From Bugula neritina (Eukaryota; Animalia; Bryozoa), in assembly GCA_964035545.1 (NCBI GenBank), contig OZ037767.1, positions 26,552,628 to 26,616,627 on the forward strand: 64,000 nt of DNA, written 5' to 3'. Of this stretch, positions 50,626 to 61,243 are shown one piece after another. The notes beneath the pieces were generated by a model, which worked only from the letters and a program-made list of their open reading frames with translations, was not told the origin of the DNA and searched no databases. Within the stretch, counting starts at the first letter, position 1, and every line of letters begins with the position of its first letter. Made by a program: the position numbers and the translations under genes.

Positions 50626-52210
50626 AAATGGAAAGTTTGGAGTTCAGCAGAGTCTAAATAGCCTATTGTAAACTTATGTAATTTTGGAGTATTTGAAACA
50701 AAGGGAAGTTCATCTTAGTAATAGCAAAAGTGACAGATGTTTTAAGGTTTTGTAAAAATCTGTGGTCATTTCAACTTTTTTTATTTAGTATAAGCAGCAT
50801 TTAGGAAGCATTTAGGGAATGTTCTAGTTAACACAAGGTCAGTAGTTTGAGTCTAAACACCAGCAGTGGTATTAGGATGAGCATCCAGGCATAATTAGAA
50901 TAATCTTTTAGAAAACAGTGTTTCCAAGTTGCAAAATTTTTGTAGTGAAAGACTGTAATGAAAACTCAGGTCTACATACACTAAACTGTTTGATTATTCT
51001 TAAAATATTGCTTTTAACCTTTAACCTTTGACCTATCTCCCTCTATACTTGGGAGTTAGCTTTTCTATGTTTACATAGTTTGTTGTTGTTTACACTTTGT
51101 GTTTGGTATTTTAGGAGAAATACGCCGAATGATCACGTACTGAATATTTTATTCAGCTCAACTCCAACAATAATTGACATGATTGTAATACTATATCATA
51201 CTATGATTCTCCATATTTATGCTTACCATTCCTTCTGGTATTTTCAGCAGAGAAAGAGAGATCCAAGGTTGACCTAATTTACTTGTCAAATATTTGCAAA
51301 TGCAAATATTAACTAGCTGTAGGCAGCAAGAAAATGTTTAGTATTCTATATTAGAGCTGCCTTATATTTTTATATTTACTATTTGATAAAGTTGCTTTTA
51401 AAATGCACCCATTTAGATGTATGCTGTTTGTATATTTATGTACTCAGATAATATTTCAAATAGATAACTGCTAGAAAAGCCACCCTTATTTCTTGTTTCT
51501 TTATTTATTTGTTTTTGCAGTTTACATAGATGCCGACGCATTGTCTAACTTCTAAAACATTCGAAGAAACTATTTTTATAAATCACCTTAAACTCAGCGT
51601 TTAGTGTAGCTGTGTAAGTCTACTACAAATAATAGTGATAAAACACGCCATGCCTTTGAACTGTCTGCCAGACAAACTTATTTTAGTGCATAATTTGAAA
51701 AAGACCAAGTCAAGCATTTATAAGGAACTTTAGGCTTTAGCAAAGTTCATAGTCTATCTGATGTGTTCCAGAGTCATTGATTTTCTTGAAAATGAAATAA
51801 TTAAATGGTTTCTGAATTTTCTTGGTCTCAAACATAGTTAGTACGCAAAGCTAATCCGAAGTACATTACTGTATTATAGCATAATGAGAAAATTAATTAA
51901 AGATGTGTTACTTTTAATTAAATCTCACCAAAGTAGGAAATGAGTATCCTAATTATAGTCTATCGTAAATAAACAATAATTATAATGCTTGTAAAAGATG
52001 CTGTATCACTATATAAAGCAGAATTTGGTTATGTTTAATTTAAAACTGCTTCTTTGGCTGATGGCTTAACATGCTATGCACGCTTAACAAAATTGATACT
52101 AAAAAGTCTCTCTTTTACAACCTATAATAGCTAAAGTATAAACGACATCTCTTACATCAGCGCTTAAGTTACTGATATATCCTATTTGGGTGACACTTAT
52201 TGGTTGAATT

Positions 52211-53167
52211 ATGGGAAACTACGGCTCTACTAACCTTGAAGTCTTACCATGTGTTCAGAATAATACAGAGACATGTTACCAGACGTTCAACCAGACTAAC
52301 ATTGCTATAAACTTTGCATCTTTCGTTTTAAACATCCTACATCTGCTTGTACTGTGTCAGATGGCAGAGTTGAAAACTACAAAGTATTTCTGGATTCTAG
52401 TAAATATAACTCTATCTGATATCATAAACAGTGTCGTTACTCCGTTGTATTTCAGCTGCGAACTTCGTGTGGCCATTTTCAAACTTTCATCTATTGCCAC
52501 TTACTCATTATTTCTCACTAGTCGAGCCTTGCTAGGATTTGCCGGGCTTTCTAGGTATTCCGTCCTATTAATAGCAAGTATAGAAAGATATGTTGCTGTT
52601 TGCAAACCACACGACTACAAAACAAACTACATTGTCAGGAAGATCAAGATATCTTTTGGATTTGCGTTAGCTTTGACATTTATGTATTCAATTCTTATTT
52701 GCGTGGTTTACTTGCCAGAGCTTTGCTGGTCACAGCTCAAAGTTAAGAATGCTTTCGGCAAGCCCCTAATATTAGCATCTGCTTTATTAACCATACCAGT
52801 TGGTGCCGAGTCACTGGTGATCACAATTCTTCTTGTGAAGGTTTGGAGGAAGTTGAGAATTATGATAAAGAGGCCGGTTAGTAGACAAAGTGATAAAACA
52901 TTGTTGGCTGCAAGTAAATATATTATATGGATATACGTTATGCATCAAATATCAACCTTCCTGCTGACAACTTTAATGGCGCTGCAGTTTACGAACTTTT
53001 CGACTTTCATTTTCGTAGTCCAGATTGTGGTTATATTTTGCATCAATTTCTATGGTATAGCAAATGTAATTTTATTTGCTTATTTTCACCCAAAATATGT
53101 CAGAAAAATAAAGAGTATTTTAAGAATTGGTAGATGCTCTAATCAGGTTCAACCTGATGACAGTTAA
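52211..53167 (+). CDS. Intronless divergent rhodopsin-like (class A) 7TM receptor, copy 1 (318 aa)
   Basis: Seven hydrophobic segments, TM1 Asn (FVLN), TM2 NITLSD, TM3 IASIERYVAVCKP, N-terminal glycosylation sequons, degenerate TM7 NVILFAYFHPKY. Confidence 0.9.
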   Translation: MGNYGSTNLEVLPCVQNNTETCYQTFNQTNIAINFASFVLNILHLLVLCQMAELKTTKYFWILVNITLSDIINSVVTPLYFSCELRVAIFKLSSIATYSLFLTSRALLGFAGLSRYSVLLIASIERYVAVCKPHDYKTNYIVRKIKISFGFALALTFMYSILICVVYLPELCWSQLKVKNAFGKPLILASALLTIPVGAESLVITILLVKVWRKLRIMIKRPVSRQSDKTLLAASKYIIWIYVMHQISTFLLTTLMALQFTNFSTFIFVVQIVVIFCINFYGIANVILFAYFHPKYVRKIKSILRIGRCSNQVQPDDS

Positions 53168-54035
53168 ACAGTTAAGAAACCATCACCCGATTGGTTATCT
53201 TGATTTATTTGTTGTAAGAACTGTGTTGTTACTTTGGAGTTGTCCCACGGGCTTTGTTTGCTTTGGAATAATGATTATGTACTTATTACTAACAGCTGTG
53301 TCAGTATAATTGTATCATTATTGAATTATGTTTATAATTTTATGTTCAATTTAATTATGTTTGAACACCTTAGAATAATGATTATATTTTCATTGTGCAC
53401 AGTTGATCTACTTGTGTGTGTTTTTTTGCGTGTTTTATGTTTTTGTGTTTAATGTTAGCTATATGTGAACAATGAAATATTGTAATCTGAGAAATACTCA
53501 ATATTTTTAGTGAAAGAAGTATAGTATAAATGCTTAACAAAACATATGTCAACGTTGAACTCAACTTTAAAACTTAAATAAACATTTTACATGAATAGTT
53601 AATAAGTTTCATATTTTTGTAGCAATTACTGCTGAAGGAATTTGCTAATATTGGCAGTTAAAATGTCGAAACTGAAAAAGTCGCACACACCACCTCCTCT
53701 TTCAACAAATATACACACCAGTCTTCTACAAGTTCAGTGACTAAAGATACCTTCTAGCAATCAAAATAAAGCTCAACATTTTGTAGTTAAATGAGATGCA
53801 CAAAACCGCTATACTCCATTATCTATATAGTTACTTAAGTGGGTATTAAATATATATATACAATATTATGCTATAATAAGCTGTGTAGGCTATTGTATAA
53901 AAGGGACAACACAATAATAGAACAGGTCTGCTTATCGGGATATATATAAAACCAATTTGTTTGGACACACAACTCTGAAATTGTACAAGCAGCATATTGG
54001 TTGATATTCCATCAACAGATACTTCACTTTTCAGT

Positions 54036-54242
54036 TTATAGGTGTCACAATACAGTGTATAGGTGTCACACTACAGTACATAGGTGTCACACTACAGTGT
54101 ACAGATGTTACACTACAGCATATAGGTGTCACACTGCAGTATATAGGTGTCACACTACAGTGTATAGGTGTCACACTACAGCATATAGGGGTCAGACTAC
54201 AGTATATAGGTGTCATACGACAGCATATAGGTGTCACTCTAG
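54036..54242. repeat. gtgtcacactacagtatatag minisatellite (21-bp unit), copy B
   Basis: About 10 units read directly. Confidence 0.9.
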
Positions 54243-54910
54243 GTTGAGGAAACTAAGCTACTCTAGCCTCAGTTCTCAAAATGCTGAGCAAGCAGACAGC
54301 GGCTAGAACAACTGTCCTACTTCCTTTGCCGGTGTTTTCCAACTTTGAGGTATTATAGTTGCACCATTTGCTGCAAGTTCTCTTACAATTGACCAAATTT
54401 GATGCGCAGGGTAGCAGTGTAAGTTTAGTATATAGAAAATTAACACATCACATGTCATCAGCATGAGCTGTTATTAAGCCATTCTAGCTCCATCGATTTT
54501 TAAAATAAATCAAACATTTAGATTGATGCTCAACTTTTCTACATTTTCAAACTAATTTATTCTATATCGCTTTTCACTATAAGTGTATATAATGTAGTGT
54601 TATAAGAGCATAATTTCGAAATTGATTAAAGATCCTTTTTAATTTTATTTCACAGGAAACGAGAAAGTTGGTTTATAAATTTTATTATGCCCTAAAAGAA
54701 TCATTTAATTTCACTGTTTAAAATCTATACTTATAAAAGGTATTGCATCACCAAATCTAGTAACTGAGCTGATTCTTTGATTGGTCGTCTAATTGATATC
54801 CACACTTAAGAAAAGGTAGCTGCTGGTAAGTGTACCTTTTAGATCAGAGATTAAGTAACTGATATAATATCATATATAATTAAAACTTCTTGGTTGGATA
54901 ACAGAGAACT

Positions 54911-55870
54911 ATGGGAAACTACAGCTCCACTAACTTTGAAGTCTTACCATGTGTTCAGAATGATACAGAGACATGTTACCAGCCGTTCAACCAAACTAAC
55001 ATTGCTATAAACTCGGTTTCTTTCGTTTTGAATATCCTACATCTGCTTGTACTGTGTCAGATGGCAGAGCTAAAAAATACAAAGTATTTCTGGATTCTGC
55101 TGAACATAACCATTACTGATATAATGGTTAATGCCATTACTCCGTTGTATTTCAGCTGTGAACTCCGTACTGTTGCCATTTTCGAACTTTCCTCAGTCTC
55201 CACATACTCACTATTTCTTGCTATTCAAGTTCTGATGGGATTTGCCGCAACTTGCAGGTATTCCGTGCTATTAATAGCAAGCATAGAAAGATACATTGCT
55301 GTTTGCAGACCACACGAATACAAAACAAACTACATTGTCAGGAAGATAAAGATATGTTTTGGAGTTGCAATAGCTTTGACATTTATATATTCATTTCTTA
55401 TTTGTGTAGCACAGTTGCCAAAGCTTTGCTGGTCACAGCTAAAGATTGTGTTTGCTTTTGGTAAATCTTCAATACTGGCATATGTTTTGTTAACAGTACT
55501 AATCTGTAGCATATCACTAGTGATCACGATTCTTTTGGTGAGAGTCTGGAGGAAGTTGAGAATGATGACAAAGAATCCGGTTGGTGGACAACGCAATAAA
55601 ACATTGTTGGCTGCAAGTAGATATATTATATGGATATACGTTATGCATCAAGTACTAAACGTTCTACTAGTAATTTTTTTAACGCTTCAGTTATCAAATT
55701 ATTCAACTACCATATTGTTAGTAGAAAGTGCTGCTACACTTTGCGTAAACTTTTATGGTATAGCCAATGTAATTCTATTTGCTTATTTCCATCCAAAGTA
55801 CGTCAGCAAAATAAAGAGTATTTTAAGAATTGATAGATGCTCTAATCAGGTTCAACCTGATGACAGTTAA
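54911..55870 (+). CDS. Intronless divergent class A 7TM receptor, copy 2 (319 aa)
   Basis: Colinear paralog of copy 1: ERYIAVCRP, KTLLAASRYIIWIYVMHQ, NFYGIANVILFAYFHPKY, same C-terminal CSNQVQPDDS. Confidence 0.9.
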   Translation: MGNYSSTNFEVLPCVQNDTETCYQPFNQTNIAINSVSFVLNILHLLVLCQMAELKNTKYFWILLNITITDIMVNAITPLYFSCELRTVAIFELSSVSTYSLFLAIQVLMGFAATCRYSVLLIASIERYIAVCRPHEYKTNYIVRKIKICFGVAIALTFIYSFLICVAQLPKLCWSQLKIVFAFGKSSILAYVLLTVLICSISLVITILLVRVWRKLRMMTKNPVGGQRNKTLLAASRYIIWIYVMHQVLNVLLVIFLTLQLSNYSTTILLVESAATLCVNFYGIANVILFAYFHPKYVSKIKSILRIDRCSNQVQPDDS

Positions 55871-56627
55871 ACAGTTAAGAGATCATCACCTGATTGACTT
55901 TCTTGATTTATTTGTTGTAAGAACTGTGTTGTTACTTTGGAGTTGTCCCTCTGGCATTGTTTGCTCTGGTCTAATGGTTATGTATTTATTGCCTACAGCT
56001 GATTTATTTATAATATTTTTAATGCTTTTATTATTTGCCTAATTTTGTTCATAAAAATAGTTATTTTCGGATGAACTTTAGGTAAAAACGAAATACATAA
56101 ATTGTTTAGTGCTCGTAGACTGTAGAGTATTACACTTTTTTATACTTACCAAAGCACACACAAATGCATCAGAATCTAGCAGTCAGTGATCAAAAGATTC
56201 TAGCTTCAAGTTAGTCTTATTGAAGGATTATTATAACACCTGGCAGCTATGAACTTGAAGCTGAGAAAGTTTCTTCTCTCACCTATAAGATATGCACATC
56301 AGGTCCTCTATAACAAGTTTAGCAACTGATGTGACCTTCCAAAATTTAAACTAAATTTGACCTTTCTAAGTGAAATGAGAAGCATAACTCTACAATACGT
56401 AAAGGTCCTCAAGTGAATAATAATATTATATGTTTTAGATAGAAATGGCAGCACAATAATGGAATAAATTCATACACTAATGAGAGATAAATACAAAACC
56501 AAGTAGCTTGGACAAACAACTTTGAAAATTTATTGATAATATTTTTTATATATAATAATATATAGAATACTGGTATAATACAACACACATCAATAGATAT
56601 GTCACAATCCAGTATGTATAGATTTTA

Positions 56628-56826
56628 AACTACAGCATATTATAGGTGTCACTCTACAGTATGAAGGTGTCACACTACAGCATATAGGCATCACTCCACA
56701 GTATATAGGCATCACTCCACAGTATATAGGTGTCACACTACAGTATATGGGTGTCACACTACAGCATATAGGTGTCACACTACAGTATGAAGGTGTCACA
56801 ATACAGTATATAAGTGTCACACCACA
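56628..56826. repeat. gtgtcacactacagtatatag minisatellite (21-bp unit), copy C
   Basis: About 9 units read directly. Confidence 0.9.
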
Positions 56827-58756
56827 TTGCAATGCTCAGGGTATATCGTCACAAGCACGTAGGATTTATGCATATTAATGTCATACGATGTTGCAAAGGA
56901 AAAACTGTATACATGTAGCAGAATAAGCTTATCTTTAATTTAATTGGAGCCTGTGTAGTTTATACCATCATCATGCAGGCTGCAAACCCGCTACTGTCTC
57001 TTTCTTATATATATTAACTGAACACCAGCTGGGCTTGTGTAGAGAAACTCCAGTTTTAAAGCACTCAATCTTTACGTCAGCAACAAAGCCTTTAATTTAA
57101 GCTGCAAGCTGAGGAAAATAAGCTACGCTAGCCTCTATTCTTAAATTGCTGCGCTCTTGCAGTATGAGGCTGTCATTAAAACACATATCAAACTTTAGAT
57201 ATATAATAAATATATGCTATACCTTTAAACTTCAGAGTTGGTTTTTCTATGTTTATATTGTGTTTTTACTCCTCGTTTGATGTTTTAAAAGAAATATAAG
57301 TTGGATGATCGCATACTGGAGATGTTATTTAGCTAAAAGAGCTCTCCTAACAACTGGCTTATTTAGTGTAATATTTTATTATACTATGATTCTCCATATT
57401 CATGTTTCCCATGCCGTATATAGGATTTTCCTGTAGAGAAAAAAGATTTAGAATGTTCTCCAGATTTTTCGTTCAATTACTTGCAAATGCATTTGTACGA
57501 TCTAAATAATTGGATAATGATAATTTTCCAAATAATCACTGTATAGTGATCTAGGCTGTGGTTTGGGCAATAAATCCTCACCGATGTCCTTTATTGCATT
57601 ATTGCATTATTATTTTAACATTACACTGGTTGAAACTGCTTGACATTGTCACAACTACAATTGCAATTCAAAACGTACATAATATCAGCATAAACATAAA
57701 TATAAACAATATGAAAAGTATAAGCAGTTGTATTCTACAGAAAAGAAACATTATAAACAATGTAGATGATTCACTTATTTTACTCTCTTAAAATTACAAC
57801 TAGTCCACTAGCACCAATTATTGCAGAGTGCCAGAGGTTTTTATGTAGTACTGACTGCTGTAGAAAGCTTTTCTTTATAGGTTCTCAATATAACTAACAT
57901 AGCTAAGCAAACTGGCACAAATTTCACTACACCTATTTTTTATTTTTCACATAAGGTATGATTTACAGTTGTTTTCAAAAATGTATGCTTAGATGTAACT
58001 TTAGGCACGTGACTGTTAGAACAACTGCCCTAGTAATATTTTGTTTCTAACTTTATCTGTTTTTTTTGTAGTTTGGGGTGTGAGCTAAACCATTTACAGC
58101 AGTTAGTCTTACACTTCATCAAATTCAGTGTACAGCATAGCAGTTTGGTGCTATTATAAAGAAAGTTAACTATTAACATGGCATCAGCATGAGCTGCATG
58201 TCACTGAACTGTTCTAGCTTCATTGATTTTTAAGAAAATAAAATAATAAAATATTAAAATGGCTGCTTACCTTATTTAGGTTTTCAACTTAGTTTATTAT
58301 ATATTGTTCCTTCTTAATAAGTATATGTAGTACATTACTGTATTACAACAGTTTAATTGCAAAATGTATTGAAGATCCCTTTGTAATTTGATTTCACTGG
58401 CAACTAGAAAATAGGTTTATGGATTTTAGTCTACTCTAAAAGAAATCATCTAATTTCACTGTTTAAAATCTATACTTATAAGTGATATTGCTTCAATATA
58501 TGAAACAGAACATTCCTATTTTTCAATCTAAAATTGTTTTTATGGTTGACAGTCTATATGTTTACCACGCTTGAGAAATGTAATACTGAAAGGTGTATCT
58601 CTTACAACCTATAGGTAAAGTAAACAACAGCTCTTAAATTAAAGGAAAGAAGGGATAGTTACTACTTATTAGTAATTGTACCTCTTACATCAGAGCTCAA
58701 GTAACTGATATAATATCATATATATTTGACACTTCTTGGCTAGATAGCAGAGAACT

Positions 58757-59566
58757 ATGGGAAACAACAGCTCTACTAACTTGGAAGTTTTACCATGTGT
58801 TCAGAATGATACAGAGATGTGTTACCAGCCGTTCAACCAGACTAACAATGTTATAAACTTGGTTTCTTTCGTTTTGAATATCCTACATCTGCTTGTACTG
58901 TGCCAGATGGCAGAGTTGAGAACTACAAGGTATTTCTGGATTCTAGTAAACATAACTCTATCTGACATATTAAACAGTGTCACCACTCCATTGTATTTCA
59001 GCTGCAAACTTCGTGTTGCCATTTTCAAACTACCCTCTGCTGCCACATACTCGCTATTTCTCACTGTTCAAGGCTTGATAGGATTTGCTGTGATTTCCAG
59101 GTATTCGGTTTTATTAATAGCAAGCATAGAAAGATACGTTGCTGTTTGCAGACCACACGAGTACAAAACAAACTACATTGTCAGAAAGATAAAGATGACT
59201 TTCGGAATTGCTATACTTTTAACATTTATATATTCATTTATTACTTGGGTAACACATTTGCCAAAGCTTTGCTGGGCACAGCTAAAGGTTGTGTTTGCTT
59301 CTGGTAAGTCTTCAATACTAGCATTTGTTTTGCTAACAATACCGATCTATAGCACATCTGTGGTTATCACAGTTCTTCTGGTGAAAGTCTGGAGAAAGTT
59401 GACAATGATGATAAAGAAGCCGGTTGGTGGACAAAGCAATAAAACATTGTTGGCTGCAAGTAGATATATTATATGGATATACGTTATGCATCAAATAATG
59501 AACTCCCTACTTGCAATTTTGATAGCGCTCCAATTTTCAATTTTTTCAACTTTTATATTGTTATGA
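58757..59566 (+). pseudogene. Class A 7TM receptor copy 3, truncated before TM7 by an LTR retrotransposon insertion
   Basis: Colinear with copies 1 and 2 up to FSTFILL, then TGA and LTR sequence. TM7, helix 8 and the tail are absent from the window. Confidence 0.85.
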
Positions 59567-59864
59567 TTTTCAGTTTTAGGGTTGATGTGCTATCCAGAGA
59601 GTCTATTTATCTATTATAGAACTGCACCAGGCTAAGTCGAGTGAACGAGTATATTTTATACACAACTATACATTATAAAAACACGATACATTATTTCAAA
59701 CAAGTTACACATCTAATCTATTTCACACTCTAGCTTCGACTGCCTTAGCAGCGGGAAGCTACAATTGCTACTAACTATCAACTACGCTAATTGGCTATCC
59801 ATTGTTCCGGGTCAATTACGCGACCCTACACGTTGTGCTGCTGGTAGTTCCACGAACCACCACA
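59559..59864 (-). repeat. 3' LTR (~306 bp)
   Basis: On the minus strand it begins TGTGGT (59864) directly after the purine tract and ends ATAACA (59559). An alternative end at 59564 is possible because TGTTA also matches the GPCR paralog. Confidence 0.75.
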
Positions 59865-59875
59865 CCGCCCCCACC
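59865..59875 (-). other. Polypurine tract (GGTGGGGGCGG)
   Basis: G-rich tract immediately 5' of the LTR TG on the minus strand. Confidence 0.7.
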
Positions 59876-60142
59876 AGCAGAAAGCTATCTTTCTGATATA
59901 TATAAAAAAAACATTCAATAGTAATTGCATACATCAGTGGACAAAAATAATACATAATATACAGGAAGAGACATAATAATAGACAGAGTCACGGTAACGA
60001 TCCGTTGCATACAATTGGCCAGCTATAGATAGACGAGGAATACTAGCTAGCTGTGGTAGTAGACAAGGATTAACCTGTCTAGCAGTTAAGCATTTACACG
60101 AGTTTGGTTCCTCACCAAATGTGGAGTATTCTGGGTAGCATA

Positions 60143-60930
60143 CTAGAGTCCTTGTTGGGCACGCCGGTGCTTGGCTTGGCATGTACGCAGTTTCCGTTTC
60201 ATACGGCATACGGATCCCTTGAGCTGGAAGAGTCCTGTTGTAGTGTTAAGTAGGTCTGGTGCCAGCTGGGTGAACTCTTCTTGTAATCGTAGGAGGCGTT
60301 CTTCTACTGTGGCTAGTCGTACCGGGTCGGGGGACGGTGTCCGTCTGCGGCGTAAGGGTGGACTGGGGGACCTGGTCCGTCTCTTCGCCGGGGTAGGGGA
60401 GATCTCTCCTTCTTCTGGATATGTAGTTTCCTCGGGGGTGTATGTAATTTGAGGGCGGTCAGACACCAACGGGGATTGTTGGCGGGCGTTGTCTAACACA
60501 CGTTGGAACCCCGAGGATAGAACGGCTAATAGCATGGCCTTCTTTACCAGAGGTCGTATATATGTGAGGAACTCCGGGTACAGCTTAGCGTCGACCACAT
60601 AGTTTTCTCCAGGGAAACAGCCCGCCGCTCTGTGTCTGGTGACGGGGTAGGGATACACATCATTGTACCCGCAGGGGCAGAAGGTCAGTAGGAGGTGAGC
60701 ATTGACGTGTAGTTTAAGGGAGCGGTGAGAGGCGCAATCTTCGCCACAGATCTGGCATCTCGTCCGTCCTCTGGACCCCCAGGCTGTTTCTATTTCTTCT
60801 TCGGTTTGTGGAGACACCCACCGCCAACGGCGGCGTAGTGGCTCAGGCCGGTCACCACTAGCCTGGTCCTCCGGATACGGAGCGGGAAGTGTTCTATCCC
60901 GTACCCTGGTTGTAGCGGGTCGAGTGTAAT
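60143..60930 (-). CDS. Retrotransposon extra ORF (env position): C2H2 + C2HC-like zinc fingers, RS-like basic motif, C-terminal coiled coil; probably a spliced 3' exon
   Basis: Open frame 60964-60143 with no 5' ATG. TACTAAC (60956-60950) and TTTTTCAG acceptor (exon starts at 60930). CQIC-x12-HVNAH; CPC-x12-H-x4-C; KRRTRSPSPPLRRRRTPSP; LATVEERLLRLQEEFTQL. Confidence 0.75.
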
Positions 60931-61243
60931 CTGAAAAAGTTTCAACAGTGTTAGTACAGTACACTGCCGTGTTGTCAGCTTGAACAGCTTGGCAACTCCT
61001 AATTCAGTTACCTCGTAGAGATTAATGATAGTGAATAGTCAGATAGAACCGTATTGCAATGAGATTATAAAAATCTCTAAGTCAAACTGAGTTCTTACTA
61101 CGGTATTTCACTAACCTATCTCCAGCTCGATTGACTCAGTGAGTCAGAGCTGAGCGATGCAATCTAGTTTCGTATTAAGATATAGTTAACTCACCCCACG
61201 ATCTGTTGTCGTAAGACATACTGAATATGTGAAATGGTTTGAA

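Noticed and set aside
52211-52228. N-myristoylation-like MGNxxS at the GPCR N-termini
   Set aside because: The N-terminus is predicted extracellular and carries glycosylation sequons; the match is likely coincidental.
49664-56832. Cys-rich repetitive ORFs at 49664-50068, 54001-54306, 54031-54237 and 56602-56832
   Set aside because: Translations of the 21/24-bp minisatellite; no splice or homology support.
2276-59566. Treating AOC, SNRPE, PARP4, the DTHD1-like gene and the GPCRs as one functional (e.g. immune) cluster
   Set aside because: Adjacency in a compact animal genome is not evidence of a shared pathway; no MVP, TEP1 or vault RNA is recognisable here.
60143-60964. Calling the extra retrotransposon ORF an env gene
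   Set aside because: No signal peptide, fusion peptide or transmembrane anchor is visible; it has zinc-finger and basic motifs instead.
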